Of a DNA stretch of 64,000 bases, positions 1 through 11,787 are shown one piece after another (the stretch's first letter is position 1; the number at the start of each line of letters is the position of its first letter). Below the pieces are notes generated by a model. That model searched no databases, had not been told where the DNA came from, and worked only from the letters and a program-made list of their open reading frames with translations. The DNA is from Camelus ferus (Eukaryota), in contig NC_045696.1 in NCBI RefSeq assembly GCF_009834535.1, positions 120,468,001 through 120,532,000 on the forward strand, in the 5' to 3' direction. Position numbers and translations under genes: made by a program.

Positions 1-60
1 ATAAATAAACCTAGTTACCTCTCCCTCCTGCCAAAATTAAAAAAAGTGATTAAAAAAAAA
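1..60 (+). mobile_element. 3' tail of a tRNA-derived SINE (Vic-1-like), truncated by the window edge
   Basis: aaataaacctagttacctc + C-rich + A-rich tail, the same layout as the tails of full copies elsewhere in the window. Confidence 0.7.
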
Positions 61-149
61 GAATGTTTGGACGATAACTGATGATTTTAATAGTGATTTT
101 AATACAGTAACCGTGGCTTCTGTTTGTGGAGGGGCTTTTTTGTGCCAAA

Positions 150-300
150 TCCCACATGAAGCACATTGTCTCATTTAATCCCCATGACAAATGACAGCTC
201 TGTGAGATCAATATCATTGTTAACTATATTTACAGATGGAGAAATTGAAGCTGGGAGTTTAGCTAGGATCCAGTATTTGAACCCAGGACCTGCTGATCTC
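150..300 (-). mobile_element. MIR relic
   Basis: tctcatttaatcc...tttacagatggagaaattgaagc is the typical MIR core read in reverse. Confidence 0.6.
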
Positions 301-812
301 AGCTTTGTTTTCATCTGATACACTTACTTCCTTGTTTAAGGGCATAGCCAAGCTCTAGTCGAATTCTCTGTGCCTTTTTTTTTTTTCATTCTAATTCTGA
401 GCTCAGATCGAGTGCAGAAAGCTTCATAGTTATGAAGGTCAGTGGTAAACCCTTTTCATCATTGCTCAGAACTGATGAGCCTTTCATACACACACACCCC
501 CGACCATTCTCAGTCACCTGTCAACAAGTTCTCAGTTATCCGCTGCCACCTTTACTTACATGCGTACACCCACACCCCTGCCGCAGACAGAACCCCTTCT
601 TGTTTTAAATGTCTTTGTCCTTTGGCTTTTCAGAACCACAGATATCATGCATCAGGCAGGCTAGAAGGTCTTCTGATGCTCACATGTGACTGTTTCCATC
701 ACAGATCCACTTTAATCAGAGCAGATCTCAGCGAAGCTCTGTGCCTCCGAAAGCTGAGCGGAGACACTGCCCCTCCTGCTGAAACTGCATGTTTGCTCCT
801 TCTTGCCCGCAG

Positions 813-1433
813 TGTGCCAAGGCCCCTCCGTCGCTGACGTCGTGTTCCTGTTGGATGTGTCCGTCAACGGCAGCTGGGAGGACTTTGACTATCTTCGAGA
901 GTTCCTGGAGGAAAGTGTGTCTGCGCTGGACGTCAGGGAGCACTGCATGCGGGTCAGCCTGGTGGCCTACAGCAACGAGACCAAGGTGATCAACCCCCTG
1001 AGCCGGGGCGTCAACAAGTCGGTGGTGCTCCGGGACATCCAGAGCCTCTCTCCCCAGGCTGGGAAGGCCTACACTGGAGCCGCCTTGAGAAAGGTCCGGA
1101 AGGAGGTCTTTAGCGCACAGAACGGCAGTCGGAAGAATCAGGGGGTCCCGCAGATCGCCGTGCTGGTGACCCACCACCCATCAGAGGACAACGTGACCAA
1201 GGCGGCCGCGAGCCTCCGGCGCCAGGGGGTGACCATCTTCACCATGGGCATCGAGGGGGCCAGTGATGCCCAGCTGGAGAAGATAGCATCTCACCCTGCT
1301 GAGCAATACGTCTCCAAACTGAAAACCTTCTCCGACCTGGCAGCCCACAACCAGACCTTCCTGAAGAAGCTGCGGAACCAGATCACACACACTGTCTCTG
1401 TGGTCTCGGAGCGGACGGCAACCCTCAAATCCG
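813..1433 (+). CDS. COL6A6: COL6A6 exon, VWA2 (N6), 621 nt, phase 1-1
   Basis: Acceptor cccgcag|TG, donor TCCG|gtaaag; lies in ORF 803..1450 (ADVVFLLDVS...VPQIAVLVT). Confidence 0.93.
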
Positions 1434-1493
1434 GTAAAGCCTTTTGCTGAGAAGGATTCTTCCCAGCCTTTCTCTCTCTCTCTCTTTTTTACC

Positions 1494-2440
1494 CCTTTAT
1501 TGTGATTCGGTTCCTGCACAGTAAACTACACACATTTCAGATGTACAACTTGGTGAATTTTGATAGATGTAGACACCCATGCAACCACCAGCACAATCAA
1601 GACAGCTAACATTTCCATCACTCCCCAAGGGGTGCAAATTTTCCAATTCCCAATTTATCCCTTCCCACTCCCTTTACCTCTTGGTAACCATAAGATTGTT
1701 CTTTCTGTGAGTCTGTTTCTGTTCTGTAGATAAGTTAATTTGTGTCCTCTTTTTTTTTTTTTTAATTTTTTTTAATTGAGTTGTAATCCTTTTACAATGT
1801 TGTGTCAAATTCCAGTGTAGAGCACAATTTTTCAGTTATACATGAACGTACATATATTCATTGTCACATTTTATTTTCACTGTGAGCTACAAGATCTTGT
1901 ATATATTTCCCTGTGCTACACAGTATAATCTTGTTTATTCTGCATATGCCTGTCAGTATCTACAAATTTTGAAATCCCAGTCTGTCCCTTCCCACCCCCA
2001 GCCCCCTTAGCAACCACAAGTTGGTATTCTATGTCTATGAGTCTGTTTCTGTTTTGTATTTATGTTCTTTTTTTTTTTAATTCCACATATGAGTGATCTT
2101 ATGTGATATTTTTCTTTCTCTTTCTGGCTTACTTCACTTAGAATGACATTCTCCAGGAATGCGTGTGTTGCTGCAAATGGCGTTATGTTGTTGGTTTTTA
2201 TGGCTGAATAGTATTCCATTGTATAAATACACCACATCTTCTTTATCCAGTCATCACTGATGGACATTTAGGCTGTTTCCATGTCTTGGCTATTACAAAT
2301 AGTGCTGCTATGAACATTGGGGTGCAGGTGTCTTTTTGAAGTAGGGTGTGTCTTTGTTTTTTTTTAGATTCCACACATAAGTGATCTCATAATGGCATTT
2401 TTCTTTCATTTTCTGGCTTATATCACTTAAAATGACAATC
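1494..2440 (-). mobile_element. L1-derived composite element with a younger L1 3' fragment (about 1750-2345) nested inside
   Basis: Poly(T) head and L1 3'UTR motifs; minus ORF 2007..2267 (DDWIKKMWCIYTMEYYSAIK...ILSEVSQ) is the L1 ORF2 C-terminus. Confidence 0.85.
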
Positions 2441-3205
2441 TTGTCTGTCAGGTGTTCTGTCTACAGAAAGGCTGGAGAGTGAGTTCCTAGTTTGGGTTTT
2501 TTTTTTTTTTTTAACTTTAACTGGATAATAGGAAGGGTGAAGTTGGATAGAGTAAGAGCTATTGAGGTGTTGGCCTGGGGAGAAGGGGTTTCCCTTTTTA
2601 TTTCCTCTTGTGTGCAGCTTTAATTAGATTTTCATGATTTCTCAGCCCCCCAAATACCTTCCTTTTGTTTCTCCCCCTTCCCTGCACTTTTTTTTCTCTC
2701 TTTCCTGGCAGGTTCCCCTGTATGTTGACTATAAAATTGTCCTCGTCTGACATGAATAAGGCCACTGACAAGCCCCCTAGTCGTGTTAATTGACTAGGAG
2801 TGGATGAGGAGTAAACCCTTGGTTCAAGATTTCAAGAAAGAGCATGCATCTACCCACAACATCCAGCTAAATACCTCCTCTCGTTCACAACACCCCACTT
2901 GACTCTTTTGCCGATAAGAGAAGTGACTGATAAAAAGCATCTTCAGGTTTTCTTTCTCATCTTTGACTCTGTCCAGATTGTGGGTGGAGAATTAGCGCCA
3001 GCCATGTTAAACAGCCTGGAACGCTTCACTCGGCCTGCCCGGCACCAAGACCCCGTGGCTCCAGCCAGCAGAGTGGGTCTTTCTTCCCGAGAAGCTCTGT
3101 CCCACTTTGCTGTCTGCAGAGGCTGGGACTGGTTTCCTCCCTGCCTGCCCTGCTTCTCGGTCACACTGGCCCCGGTGCCTCGCTCAGTCTTGGGTTGCCT
3201 TGCAG

Positions 3206-3766
3206 GTTGCGCGGACACGGAGGAAGCAGACATCTATCTGCTCATCGATGGCTCCAGGAGCGTCCAGGCCACTGACTTCCAGGAGATGAAAACCTTCCTG
3301 TCGGAGGTCATAGGAATGTTCAACATCGCTCCCCAGAAGGTGCGGGTCGGGGCCGTGCAGTACGCCGACCGCGGAGACTTGGAGTTTGACATCAGCAAGT
3401 ACACGAACAAGCACGACGTGGGCAAGGCCATCGAGAACATCCGGCAGATGGGGGGGAAGACCAACACGGGTGCCGCCCTGAATTTGACCCTGGGCCTCCT
3501 GCAGAAGGCCAAGCGGCAGCGGGGAGGCCGCGTGCCCTGCCACCTGGTGGTCCTGACCAGCGGCGCGGCCCACGACAGCGTCGCCGAGCCCGCGGAGAGA
3601 CTGAGGCAGGAGCTGGTCCACGTCTACGCCGTCGGGGTCAAGGACGCGAACCAGACGCAGCTGCGCCAGATCGCGGGCGAGGACAAGCGGGTGTACTACG
3701 TGCACGACTTTGACGCTTTGAAAGACATCAGAAACCAGGTTGTTCAGGAGATCTGTGCTGAAGAAG
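3206..3766 (+). CDS. COL6A6: COL6A6 exon, VWA3 (N5), 561 nt, phase 1-1
   Basis: Acceptor ccttgcag|GT, donor GAAG|gtaggg; encodes EADIYLLIDGSRS...EICAEE. Confidence 0.93.
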
Positions 3767-3788
3767 GTAGGGGAAGGGGTGGCCCTGC

Positions 3789-4040
3789 CTTTTTTTTTTT
3801 TTTAATTGAAGTCCAGTCAGTTTACAATGTTGTGTCAATCTCTGGTGCACAGCATCGTATTTCAGTCATACGTGTACACACATAGATTCCTTTTCATGCT
3901 CTTTTCCATCGTAGGTTACTACAAGATATTGAACACAGTCCCCTGCGCTGTACAGAGGAAACCGGTTGTTTATTTATTTCATGCATAGTAGTTAGTATCT
4001 GCAACTCTCAAAGTCCCAGTTTATCCTTCCCACCCCCTTT
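3789..4040 (-). mobile_element. L1 3' end fragment
   Basis: poly(T)-aattgaagt...tttacaatgttgtgtc...ccctg-gctgtacag...cccagtttatcc; begins about 22 nt after a splice donor. Confidence 0.8.
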
Positions 4041-4398
4041 CCGGCCTTGCCTTTTGACTTCAGCGCCCACGCCGCCTTCCTGCCCCATCTGACATCACAG
4101 GTGTAGAGAAACAGCAGAAGTGTCCCGGCAGAGACTGGTTGAGTTGTGTAGCTGTTTATTCTCAAGAACAAAACTAAGGACCCGTTAAGGTGTTGCTCTA
4201 ATTAGTATCTGAAGGGTAAGAAAGATACTTGGAGGCATTCATATTCATTGGTTTCTATTAAGTATTAATTAGCATCTTCCCACAAATCCATGGGAGGGGA
4301 GATCTATGATTAGATACCACATGTCCAGTATGATCAGCTGATTTCTGATTTTAACGAGCATTTCAGGTTTATTTGCATTGCTTTTTGATAATTCTTTT

Positions 4399-4511
4399 GG
4401 GGGAGGTAATGAGGTTTATTTATTTTAGTTATTGTGAACAGAGGTACTAGGGTTGAGCCCAGGACCTCGTGCATGCTAAGCACATGCTCTCCCACTGAGC
4501 TCTACCCTCCC
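4399..4511 (-). mobile_element. tRNA-derived SINE (Vic-1-like)
   Basis: Reverse complement reads gggagggtagagctcagtgg (A box)...ggtcctgggctcaaccc (B box)...aaataaacctcattacc. Confidence 0.85.
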
Positions 4512-4565
4512 TGCTTGATTGCTTTTTAATAAAACTTGTGCGGAATCTTGTAGAGCTGGCTGGAT

Positions 4566-4788
4566 CAGTAGTTTTCAACCAGGGATGATTTTGCCCTGCC
4601 GGGGGAGAGCTGGCCATGTGTAGAGACATTTTTGGTTGTCACAATCAAAGGAGGGTGACTGGCATCTAAGGAGGTAGAGGTCAGGGAGGCTGCTAAACAT
4701 CCTAGACTCTCCTGCAGTGCGTGGATTTCCCTCCACAGTAAGAATTTTCCAGCTCCCAATGTCAGCAGTGCTGAGGTTGAAAAGCCCC
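4566..4788 (+). mobile_element. MER20-like hAT DNA transposon
   Basis: cagtagttttcaacc...gagacatttttggttgtcacaa...ctggcatcta...gctgctaaacatccta...gaggttgaaaagccc follows the recalled MER20 consensus, with terminal inverted repeats. Confidence 0.85.
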
Positions 4789-4985
4789 AAGTCGTACATT
4801 ACTAACTAACCAATAGCCTAGTCTCACTTTTATGGCCTCCAATGCCTTATTTACCAGCAAAGAGTCCTTACCAAGCACGCACTGAACTCTGATAGGGAAT
4901 TATTTGTGTTTAGGGTCTCCCCATTCACTCTTCATCTTTTTACATGAAGCCAAGTTGAATTAAACACCTCCTTTCTCCCGTGCAG

Positions 4986-5543
4986 CCTGCAAGGAGATGA
5001 AGGCAGACATCATGTTTCTGGTGGACAGTTCTGGCAGTATAGGACTGGACAACTTCATCAAAATGAAAACATTTATGAAAAACCTGGTGAGCAAATCTCA
5101 GATTGGGGCAGACTGGGTGCGGATCGGCGTGGTCCAGTTCAGCCACGTCAACAAGGAAGAGTTCCAGCTCGACACATATGGGTCCCAGGGGGACATTACA
5201 GATGCCATAGACCGAATGGCTCACATTGGAGAGACCACCTTGACCGGCAGTGCCCTGACCTTCGTGTCTCAGTACTTCAGCCCGGCCAAGGGGGCCCGGC
5301 CCAGTGTCAGGAAGTTCCTCATCCTCATCACGGATGGTGAGGCTCAGGATGCCGTCAAGGAGCCAGCGGTGGCGCTCCGGCAAGAAGGCATCATCATCTA
5401 CTCTGTGGGCGTGTTCGGCTCCAACGTCACCCAGCTCGAGGAGATCAGCGGCAGGCCGGAGATGGTCTTCTACGTTGAGAATTTTGACATCCTCCAGCAC
5501 ATTGAAGATGACCTCGTTTTCGGGATCTGCAGCCCTCGGGAAG
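4986..5543 (+). CDS. COL6A6: COL6A6 exon, VWA4 (N4), 558 nt, phase 1-1
   Basis: Acceptor ccgtgcag|CC, donor GAAG|gtaggt; encodes KADIMFLVDSSGS...ILITDG...GICSPRE. Confidence 0.94.
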
Positions 5544-5694
5544 GTAGGTGTGGGCGTATCCATCCGGGGCACTAGCCAGACACCAAACTTCCATCTCAGC
5601 CATTGTTTCTTTTTTTTTTTTTGTCTGTTTTTGTTGTTTTGGACGGGGGAGCGGGGGCTATTGTTGTTGTCGTTGTTGTTTTGGTTTTTTTGAA

Positions 5695-5806
5695 GGTGGG
5701 GAGGTAATTAGGTTTATTTATTTTTAGAAGAGGTACTGGAGATTGGACCCATGACCTCGTGCGTGCTAAACATGCACCCTACCACTTGAGCTATGCCCTC
5801 CCCCCC
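5695..5806 (-). mobile_element. tRNA-derived SINE (Vic-1-like)
   Basis: Same family motifs in reverse (gaggtaattaggtttattt...gagctatgccctcccc). Confidence 0.85.
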
Positions 5807-5972
5807 TTTTTTTAATTATTGAAGTAGAGTTGATTTACAATGTTGTGTTAGTTTCTGGTGTACAGCGTAGTGATTCAGTTATACATATATATTCTTTCTC
5901 ACATTCTTTTTCATGACAGGTTATTAGAAGAGAGTGAATATAGTTCCCTGGGCTGTACAGTAGGACCTTGTG
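5807..5972 (-). mobile_element. L1 3' end fragment
   Basis: attgaagtagagttgatttacaatgttgtgttagtttctggtgtacagc...gctgtacagtaggaccttg. Confidence 0.8.
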
Positions 5973-6357
5973 GAGTCATTTTTCTTGGACTAACTAGACT
6001 ACTATTTGAACAGTGTAAACTTTGAGTTTAATTGAAATGTTTATCCTGGTGGCTTTTGACCTACATACAAAAATGTGAGTTTTCTCAATGGAACCATTCC
6101 TTAGATAGTAAGGAACACTTTTTGTTCGTGTGTTTTGGGTTTTGGTGTTTTTCCTCACTCTGCATATTGATTTTTAAATTTTTAAATTTATTTTATTTAT
6201 TTTTTAATTAAAGTATGGTCAGTTACATTTTTGTTCCACCTAGATTCTTCCCCATTTGTAGACAAAACAGCTGGTTAAGAAAAACGGTATTATACTGGAT
6301 TTTAGGTCTGGGTCCCAAGAAGCAGAGTCAGGGATTCTTGTGGAAGTGGGGTTTTTG

Positions 6358-6837
6358 TTTTTTTTTTTTTAATTGACGCAATAGTTTGTTTACAATGTGT
6401 TCATTTCTGGTGCCCAGCATGGTGATTCAGTTATATATGTGTGTATGTGTGTGTGTTATATATTCCTTTTCATATACTTTTTCATTATAGGCTATTACAA
6501 GGTACTGAATATAGTTCCCTGTGCTGTACAGTAGGACCTTGTTGTTTATCTATTTTAAATATAGTAGTTAGTATCTGCAAATCCCAAACTCCCAATTTTT
6601 CCTTCCCCACCTCCTTCCCACACCCCACTCCAGTAACAAGTTTCTTTCTGTGTCTGAGAGTCTGTTTCTGTTTTATAAATAAGTTCAATTGTGTCACTTT
6701 TTTTAGATTCCACATGTAAGTGATATAATGTGGTATTTTTCTTTGTCTGGCTTACTTCACTTAGAATGGTGGCCTCCAGGTCCATCCATGTTGCTACAAA
6801 TGGCATTATTTCATTCTTTTTATGGATGAGTAGTATT
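6358..6837 (-). mobile_element. L1 3' fragment (ORF2 C-terminus and 3'UTR)
   Basis: Minus ORF 6555..6806 (MPFVATWMDLEATILSEVSQ) plus a poly(T) head. Confidence 0.85.
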
Positions 6838-8684
6838 TCTTTTCAAGAGGTGTTTTCAGAGGGGGCGTGAGGAGCACAGGATGGGCACGGGTAGGAGTGA
6901 AGGAAGGAGGTGGTCTCCCCTGGAGTCTAGCCAGGTCCCATGGGGAGTGCTGGGGTGTGAATCACATCACAGAGTAGGGGGGGAATTACATCACCTCGAG
7001 ACGAGGAGCCCAGCCTCCTACAACCTGAGTTTTGGGGCCACGTGGGATCCGATAAGGCAGACAGTGGAAGGGCATAACCTCTCAGGCAAGGTGGCTCTGC
7101 TCTGACCTAACATCCACTACATATGTTTGTTCATTTTACAATTTTTAAGAACCAAGGCATATAAAAAATGAGATAATGTTAGTAAAATCACTTGGATATT
7201 TATGGAATCCTATAGAGGAGGAATGCAGTACAGAAACCTGAGCAAAGAATGCTTCAAAGGAAGTGACTAGGATAGTTACCATCCTGTTCCCACGAAGCTA
7301 CAGAGTAAAGGAAGGGATAGAACACAAGCTCAGCCAACATAAGGGGCTGATTTACGCTGTCACCCATGGGGCCTGGTGACAGAGGTGTTCTGAAAACCTC
7401 TGTGAAGGAGATGGCTCTGAATGGAGTTTGGAAGGGAAAGAGGAACATGGTTATTCAAATAACAGTTCTGTTCAACCCCCACTAGGTTTGCTGACTATGG
7501 TATGTATCTGGTGGAAGAGGGATATTTCCTGGTAACTCCACCCAGAATAAACTGGAACTCTTTGAAGGGTGCCAACACTGAGCAGTCTACCCCCGACCCC
7601 CTGGGTAATGCACGCAGGCTCCCCAGGGCAACCAAAGGCCAGAGAAACATAGTTTCTTCTTTCGTGGACATAGTATTTCTGGAGACTTTGGTCATGACTC
7701 TGTACGCATGGCCTCTAGGCACTGGGGAAGGGCACTGGCTCTGGCATTTGCAACAGTCACACCACGTAGCAAGCAAGGGGCTGCCTAAGAAGGGGACGTG
7801 GGGGTGGGGGGGGTCCCTTCTCACAATTCTGTTTCTCCAGAATGGATGAGTTAACATTTGGAACCCACTCTCAAAGGCCTGTGGAGAGATTATGGACTAA
7901 GTGGACTAAATCATTCCATTTCTCGGGAACGAGTGAGTTGGAGTTTGGAACTCTGCACTTGGACGGAGAATGTGCTAGACCCACAAACTACTTGGGTCTT
8001 TCTTGCTTTACTTTTCCCTGGCATTGACGCCATGTTTAAAAACGTTCACTAGACCATCAGGCAGGGATCCCTTGTTGGGGCCAAGTGTAAAATGGATTAT
8101 TTCTATGATGAGGCCCAACCATGAAAACAGATAACGTTTCCAGGAAGTCAAAAAGGGAACAAATGTAACCTTGAAAAGCCAGCCATGTATAACCGTGAAA
8201 AAATACATCGTGGCCAAATTCATGTTCATTCAGTCATTTCCCCAAGGTCTAGCTCAAGAATGAAATCTCATGATCCCCATGGCTTTAAAAAACTAAATAG
8301 ACAAATTTGCATAAATGGAAGCACATGCTGAAGGCACCACTTATATAGGAAAATTTCTACAGAATGGTGATTTTTTTTTTTTATCTGAAAGCCCATGACA
8401 TGTTCGTTTCCGATGACCCCGTGACTGTCTCCCCACCGGCTCCAGCAGGCTTCATGTCACATCTGCCTTGTCCTAAAGGCTCACCTAAATGAGCATCCCC
8501 GTGTACTGGCCACCCAAGGGGATCTGTGCCATGTCTGCTACCCAGGGATCAGGCGTTCTGATGAGTAAACAGCTTGGTGACAGGGAGAGGAGACGCTGGC
8601 AATTGACAAGCAGGTGGGGGGAGAGGATGCCCCGGGATGCACAAAGCTCATCTCCTACGGTTTTCCTTTCTCCGCCTCTTCCAG

Positions 8685-9260
8685 AGTGCAAGCGCATTGA
8701 GGTTTTGGACGTCGTGTTTGTGATTGACAGCTCTGGCAGCATCGACCAGGATGAGTATAATACCATGAAGGATTTCATGGTCGACTTGGTGAAGAAAGCT
8801 GACGTGGGCAAGAACAAGGTCCGGTTTGGGGCTCTGAAATACGCCGACGACCCGGAGGTGCTGTTCTATCTGGACCACCTTGACACAAAATGGGAGGTGA
8901 TTTCGGTGCTCCGGAATGACCAGCCCATGGGGGGCAACACCTATACAGCCGAGGCCCTGGGCTTCTCAGACCACATGTTCACCGAAGCCCGGGGCAGCCG
9001 CCTGGACAAGGGGGTCCCCCAGGTCCTCATCGTGATCACCGACGGGGAGTCCCACGATGCTGACAAGCTCAATGCCACAGCCAGGGCCTTGCGGGACAAG
9101 GGCATTCTTGTCCTGGCCGTGGGGATCGCGGGGGCCAACCCCGTGGAGCTGCTGGCCATGGCGGGATCGAGCGACAAGTACTTCTTCGTGGAAACTTTCG
9201 GAGGCCTGAAGGGGATATTTTCAGACGTGTCCGCCAGTGTGTGTAACTCTTCAAAAGTAG
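8685..9260 (+). CDS. COL6A6: COL6A6 exon, VWA5 (N3), 576 nt, phase 1-1
   Basis: Long pyrimidine tract then ccag|AG, donor GTAG|gtaagg; encodes LDVVFVIDSSGS...VITDG. Confidence 0.94.
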
Positions 9261-11557
9261 GTAAGGTTTGTCCATGAAGTTTTTCTTTATGATCAGCAGC
9301 GGTCAAAGCATTAGCCCTCGGGGGCAAGTTCTCCAGGGTGGAGGGGAGAGAAGGGGTGCTGGTGGTCTGGTAGAAATGCCCACGCTGTGGAATCCCAGGT
9401 TGGAAAGGCCTCAAGGGAGTTTCCTCGGGTTTCTGTGACAGTCCTGCTTGCTTCTGCCTCAACTCTAACGAAGACGGGAAAGCCACCGTTTTCCAACAGC
9501 CTTTATTTACTGGCACACAGATTTGTTTACACACCACTTTCACTCCTTAGTTCTTCCTGCTCCTGATGCAAGAAATCAAGTTCCTCTCTCCCTGAGAACC
9601 GGTGATCACGGCCTGAGGTCCTCTCCCCTCCAGTCTGGAAGTGCCCTTGACCCTGCACCCATGTCTGTTACAGCTGTGAGCTCGTTGAAAACGCAGAGCC
9701 CCTCACCAAACACAAATGAGGGGGCCTGTGCCCAAGTCTACCGAAACCATGTAGAATGATTGGTTTCATTCTGTTTTGTTTGCATAGTCTATTTGACCAG
9801 GATTTGAGATTAAAACTAAGATATTGTTGTCCCACCAAAGTTTTTGGTCTCAGGATCTCTTTACAGTCACATTTAGTGATGACCCTGTGCTTTGTTTGGC
9901 TGGATTATATCTGCTCATATTTATTGCATTTGAAATTAAAATTGAGTCATCGGTAAAATATTTCTCCATTTATTAAAAATAATAATATATCAAGTCCATG
10001 TTGACATAAATAATATATTTTTAATGAAATACAACTGAATTTTCTGAAGCAAAAAAAGAAGAATGATGTTATTTTATATTTTGAAAATCTGTTTAGTGTC
10101 TGGCTTAATAAAAGACAGCTAGATTCTTTAAAAAAAAAAAAAAGCAAAATAAAATAAAATAAAACATGGAGCCCAATGTTAAGCACTCGATTTTAGCCTC
10201 AGATGTTTCCAGAGCAGAATGCCTGTGGGACTTCTTTTGCCCACGATGTTGGGTTTCTATTCTGACAGCTGGAGATTACATTGCCACATCCATGTATGTA
10301 TATTTTCATTCATTCATTCATTCAGCTGCCATTTTCCACTTTGGTTTCAAAGGGAGATTGTGGTCTATTAAAATTCCTTAGTATTTTTAGGGGGATATGT
10401 TTTACTAAAAAATACTAAGTGTTTTTATTAGATGAATTAATGTGAATCCAGGATTTCAGTATCTTGGTGCAGTTCTTTTTAAAAATTATTTAGCTTATTC
10501 TGTTTTTCGTCTGCCTGGCCTCCTGAGAATACAGCTACTATCTTTTTCTTTCACAAAGCTAACAAAATACATCTGGATCTTACAGAATACTGGGATGAAC
10601 CTCTTACCTTCTGTTGGCCAGTATCTAAAAAAATCAATCTGCCCTTTGCAAGTCCACTGTAGAAGCTAAAATTGAATTTTTATATTAAAATTCCTTCCTT
10701 GGGGAGAAAAAAAAGTTCTTTATTTCCTTTATTTGAATCGGAGACAAAGGGATGTAACTCAGTAATCCTACTTACCATGTTTCTCTTTCTTGCTTATCTT
10801 GACTGCGGGCATCTCAGACACCTTGAATCTTTCCTGAGGTTAAAATGAGAATAAAGTTAGGTCGGTCGTGAGCTCTCTGAGGAATTCAAGGAAAGGCTAA
10901 TGTTTACCAGAAGGCTAAGGAGCTCATGTGAGTGTGTGCCAAGCATAACTCATTCATTGGCAAAGATCTGTCACATTCTTTTTGTTTTGTATTTGCTGTT
11001 AATACAAAGGAAGTATGTCTAAACCATGTTTTGTTGTTCAAAACCTTTTTTCTCCAGTAGATACTTTTGCCTATGGACACCAGAATGCAGGCTGTATACA
11101 CCAGAAAGAGGCAGATTGACTAGATAGAGGCTGGAAGGCATGATTCTAAAATCTCAACTTGCCCTCGTAAATGAGAAAAGCGTTTTATTGGCTCAGCTGG
11201 CCGGTGAGGCCAAGTCAGTAACACAGACCATCTGTCTCTTTGCTTGGGTCCCTAAGTGGATGTGTGTTGCTATGTTTATCCCCGCTATGCTACTGCTGGC
11301 CATGAGCTTTCTGGAAGATTTATGGCTAGATTGCTGGTGAGGACAGGTTTTCTGTGTCACCATCCCCAGTTCGCTGGCACCTCGGAAAAGAAAATGGTGT
11401 GAGACCCAGCAGAAAAGCCAAGAGAAGCCCCGAAGGATGTGGGACTTGTTCAGTCTTGTGTTACCTTTCTGATGGGATTGTTTTTATTTCCTCTCCAATT
11501 AGTGGGACCACCAGGTGGTGTAAGATAAGAAACTACCTTCAGAAACATAATTTCTTA

Positions 11558-11695
11558 GGGGAGGGTTTAGCTCAGTGGGAGAGTGTGTGCTTAGCACGCA
11601 CGAGGTCTTGGGTTCAATCCGCAGTACCTCCATTAATAAATAAATAAAAACCTAATTACTCCCCCCCCCCAAAAAATTGATTAAAAATAATAAAA
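11558..11695 (+). mobile_element. tRNA-derived SINE (Vic-1-like)
   Basis: ggggagggtttagctcagtgg...gggttcaatcc...aaacctaattac-(C)n-A-rich tail. Confidence 0.88.
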
Positions 11696-11787
11696 CAAAT
11701 AGCATTTCTCCATAGCTGCAAACATCGAACCGCCGCCTGCTGGGTTAGAGAAAGGATAACCATCTGATGTCTCTCCTCTTTTTGTAG

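Noticed and set aside
2007..2267. ORF with reverse-transcriptase-element-like peptide (also 6555..6806)
   Set aside because: It is only the C-terminal remnant of L1 ORF2 in 5'-truncated copies; no intact ORF1/ORF2 exists in the window.
2899..3205. Long in-frame upstream extensions of exon ORFs (also 8489..8684)
   Set aside because: No VWA or signal-peptide character; canonical acceptors with matching phase lie at 3206 and 8685, so these are chance open intronic frames.
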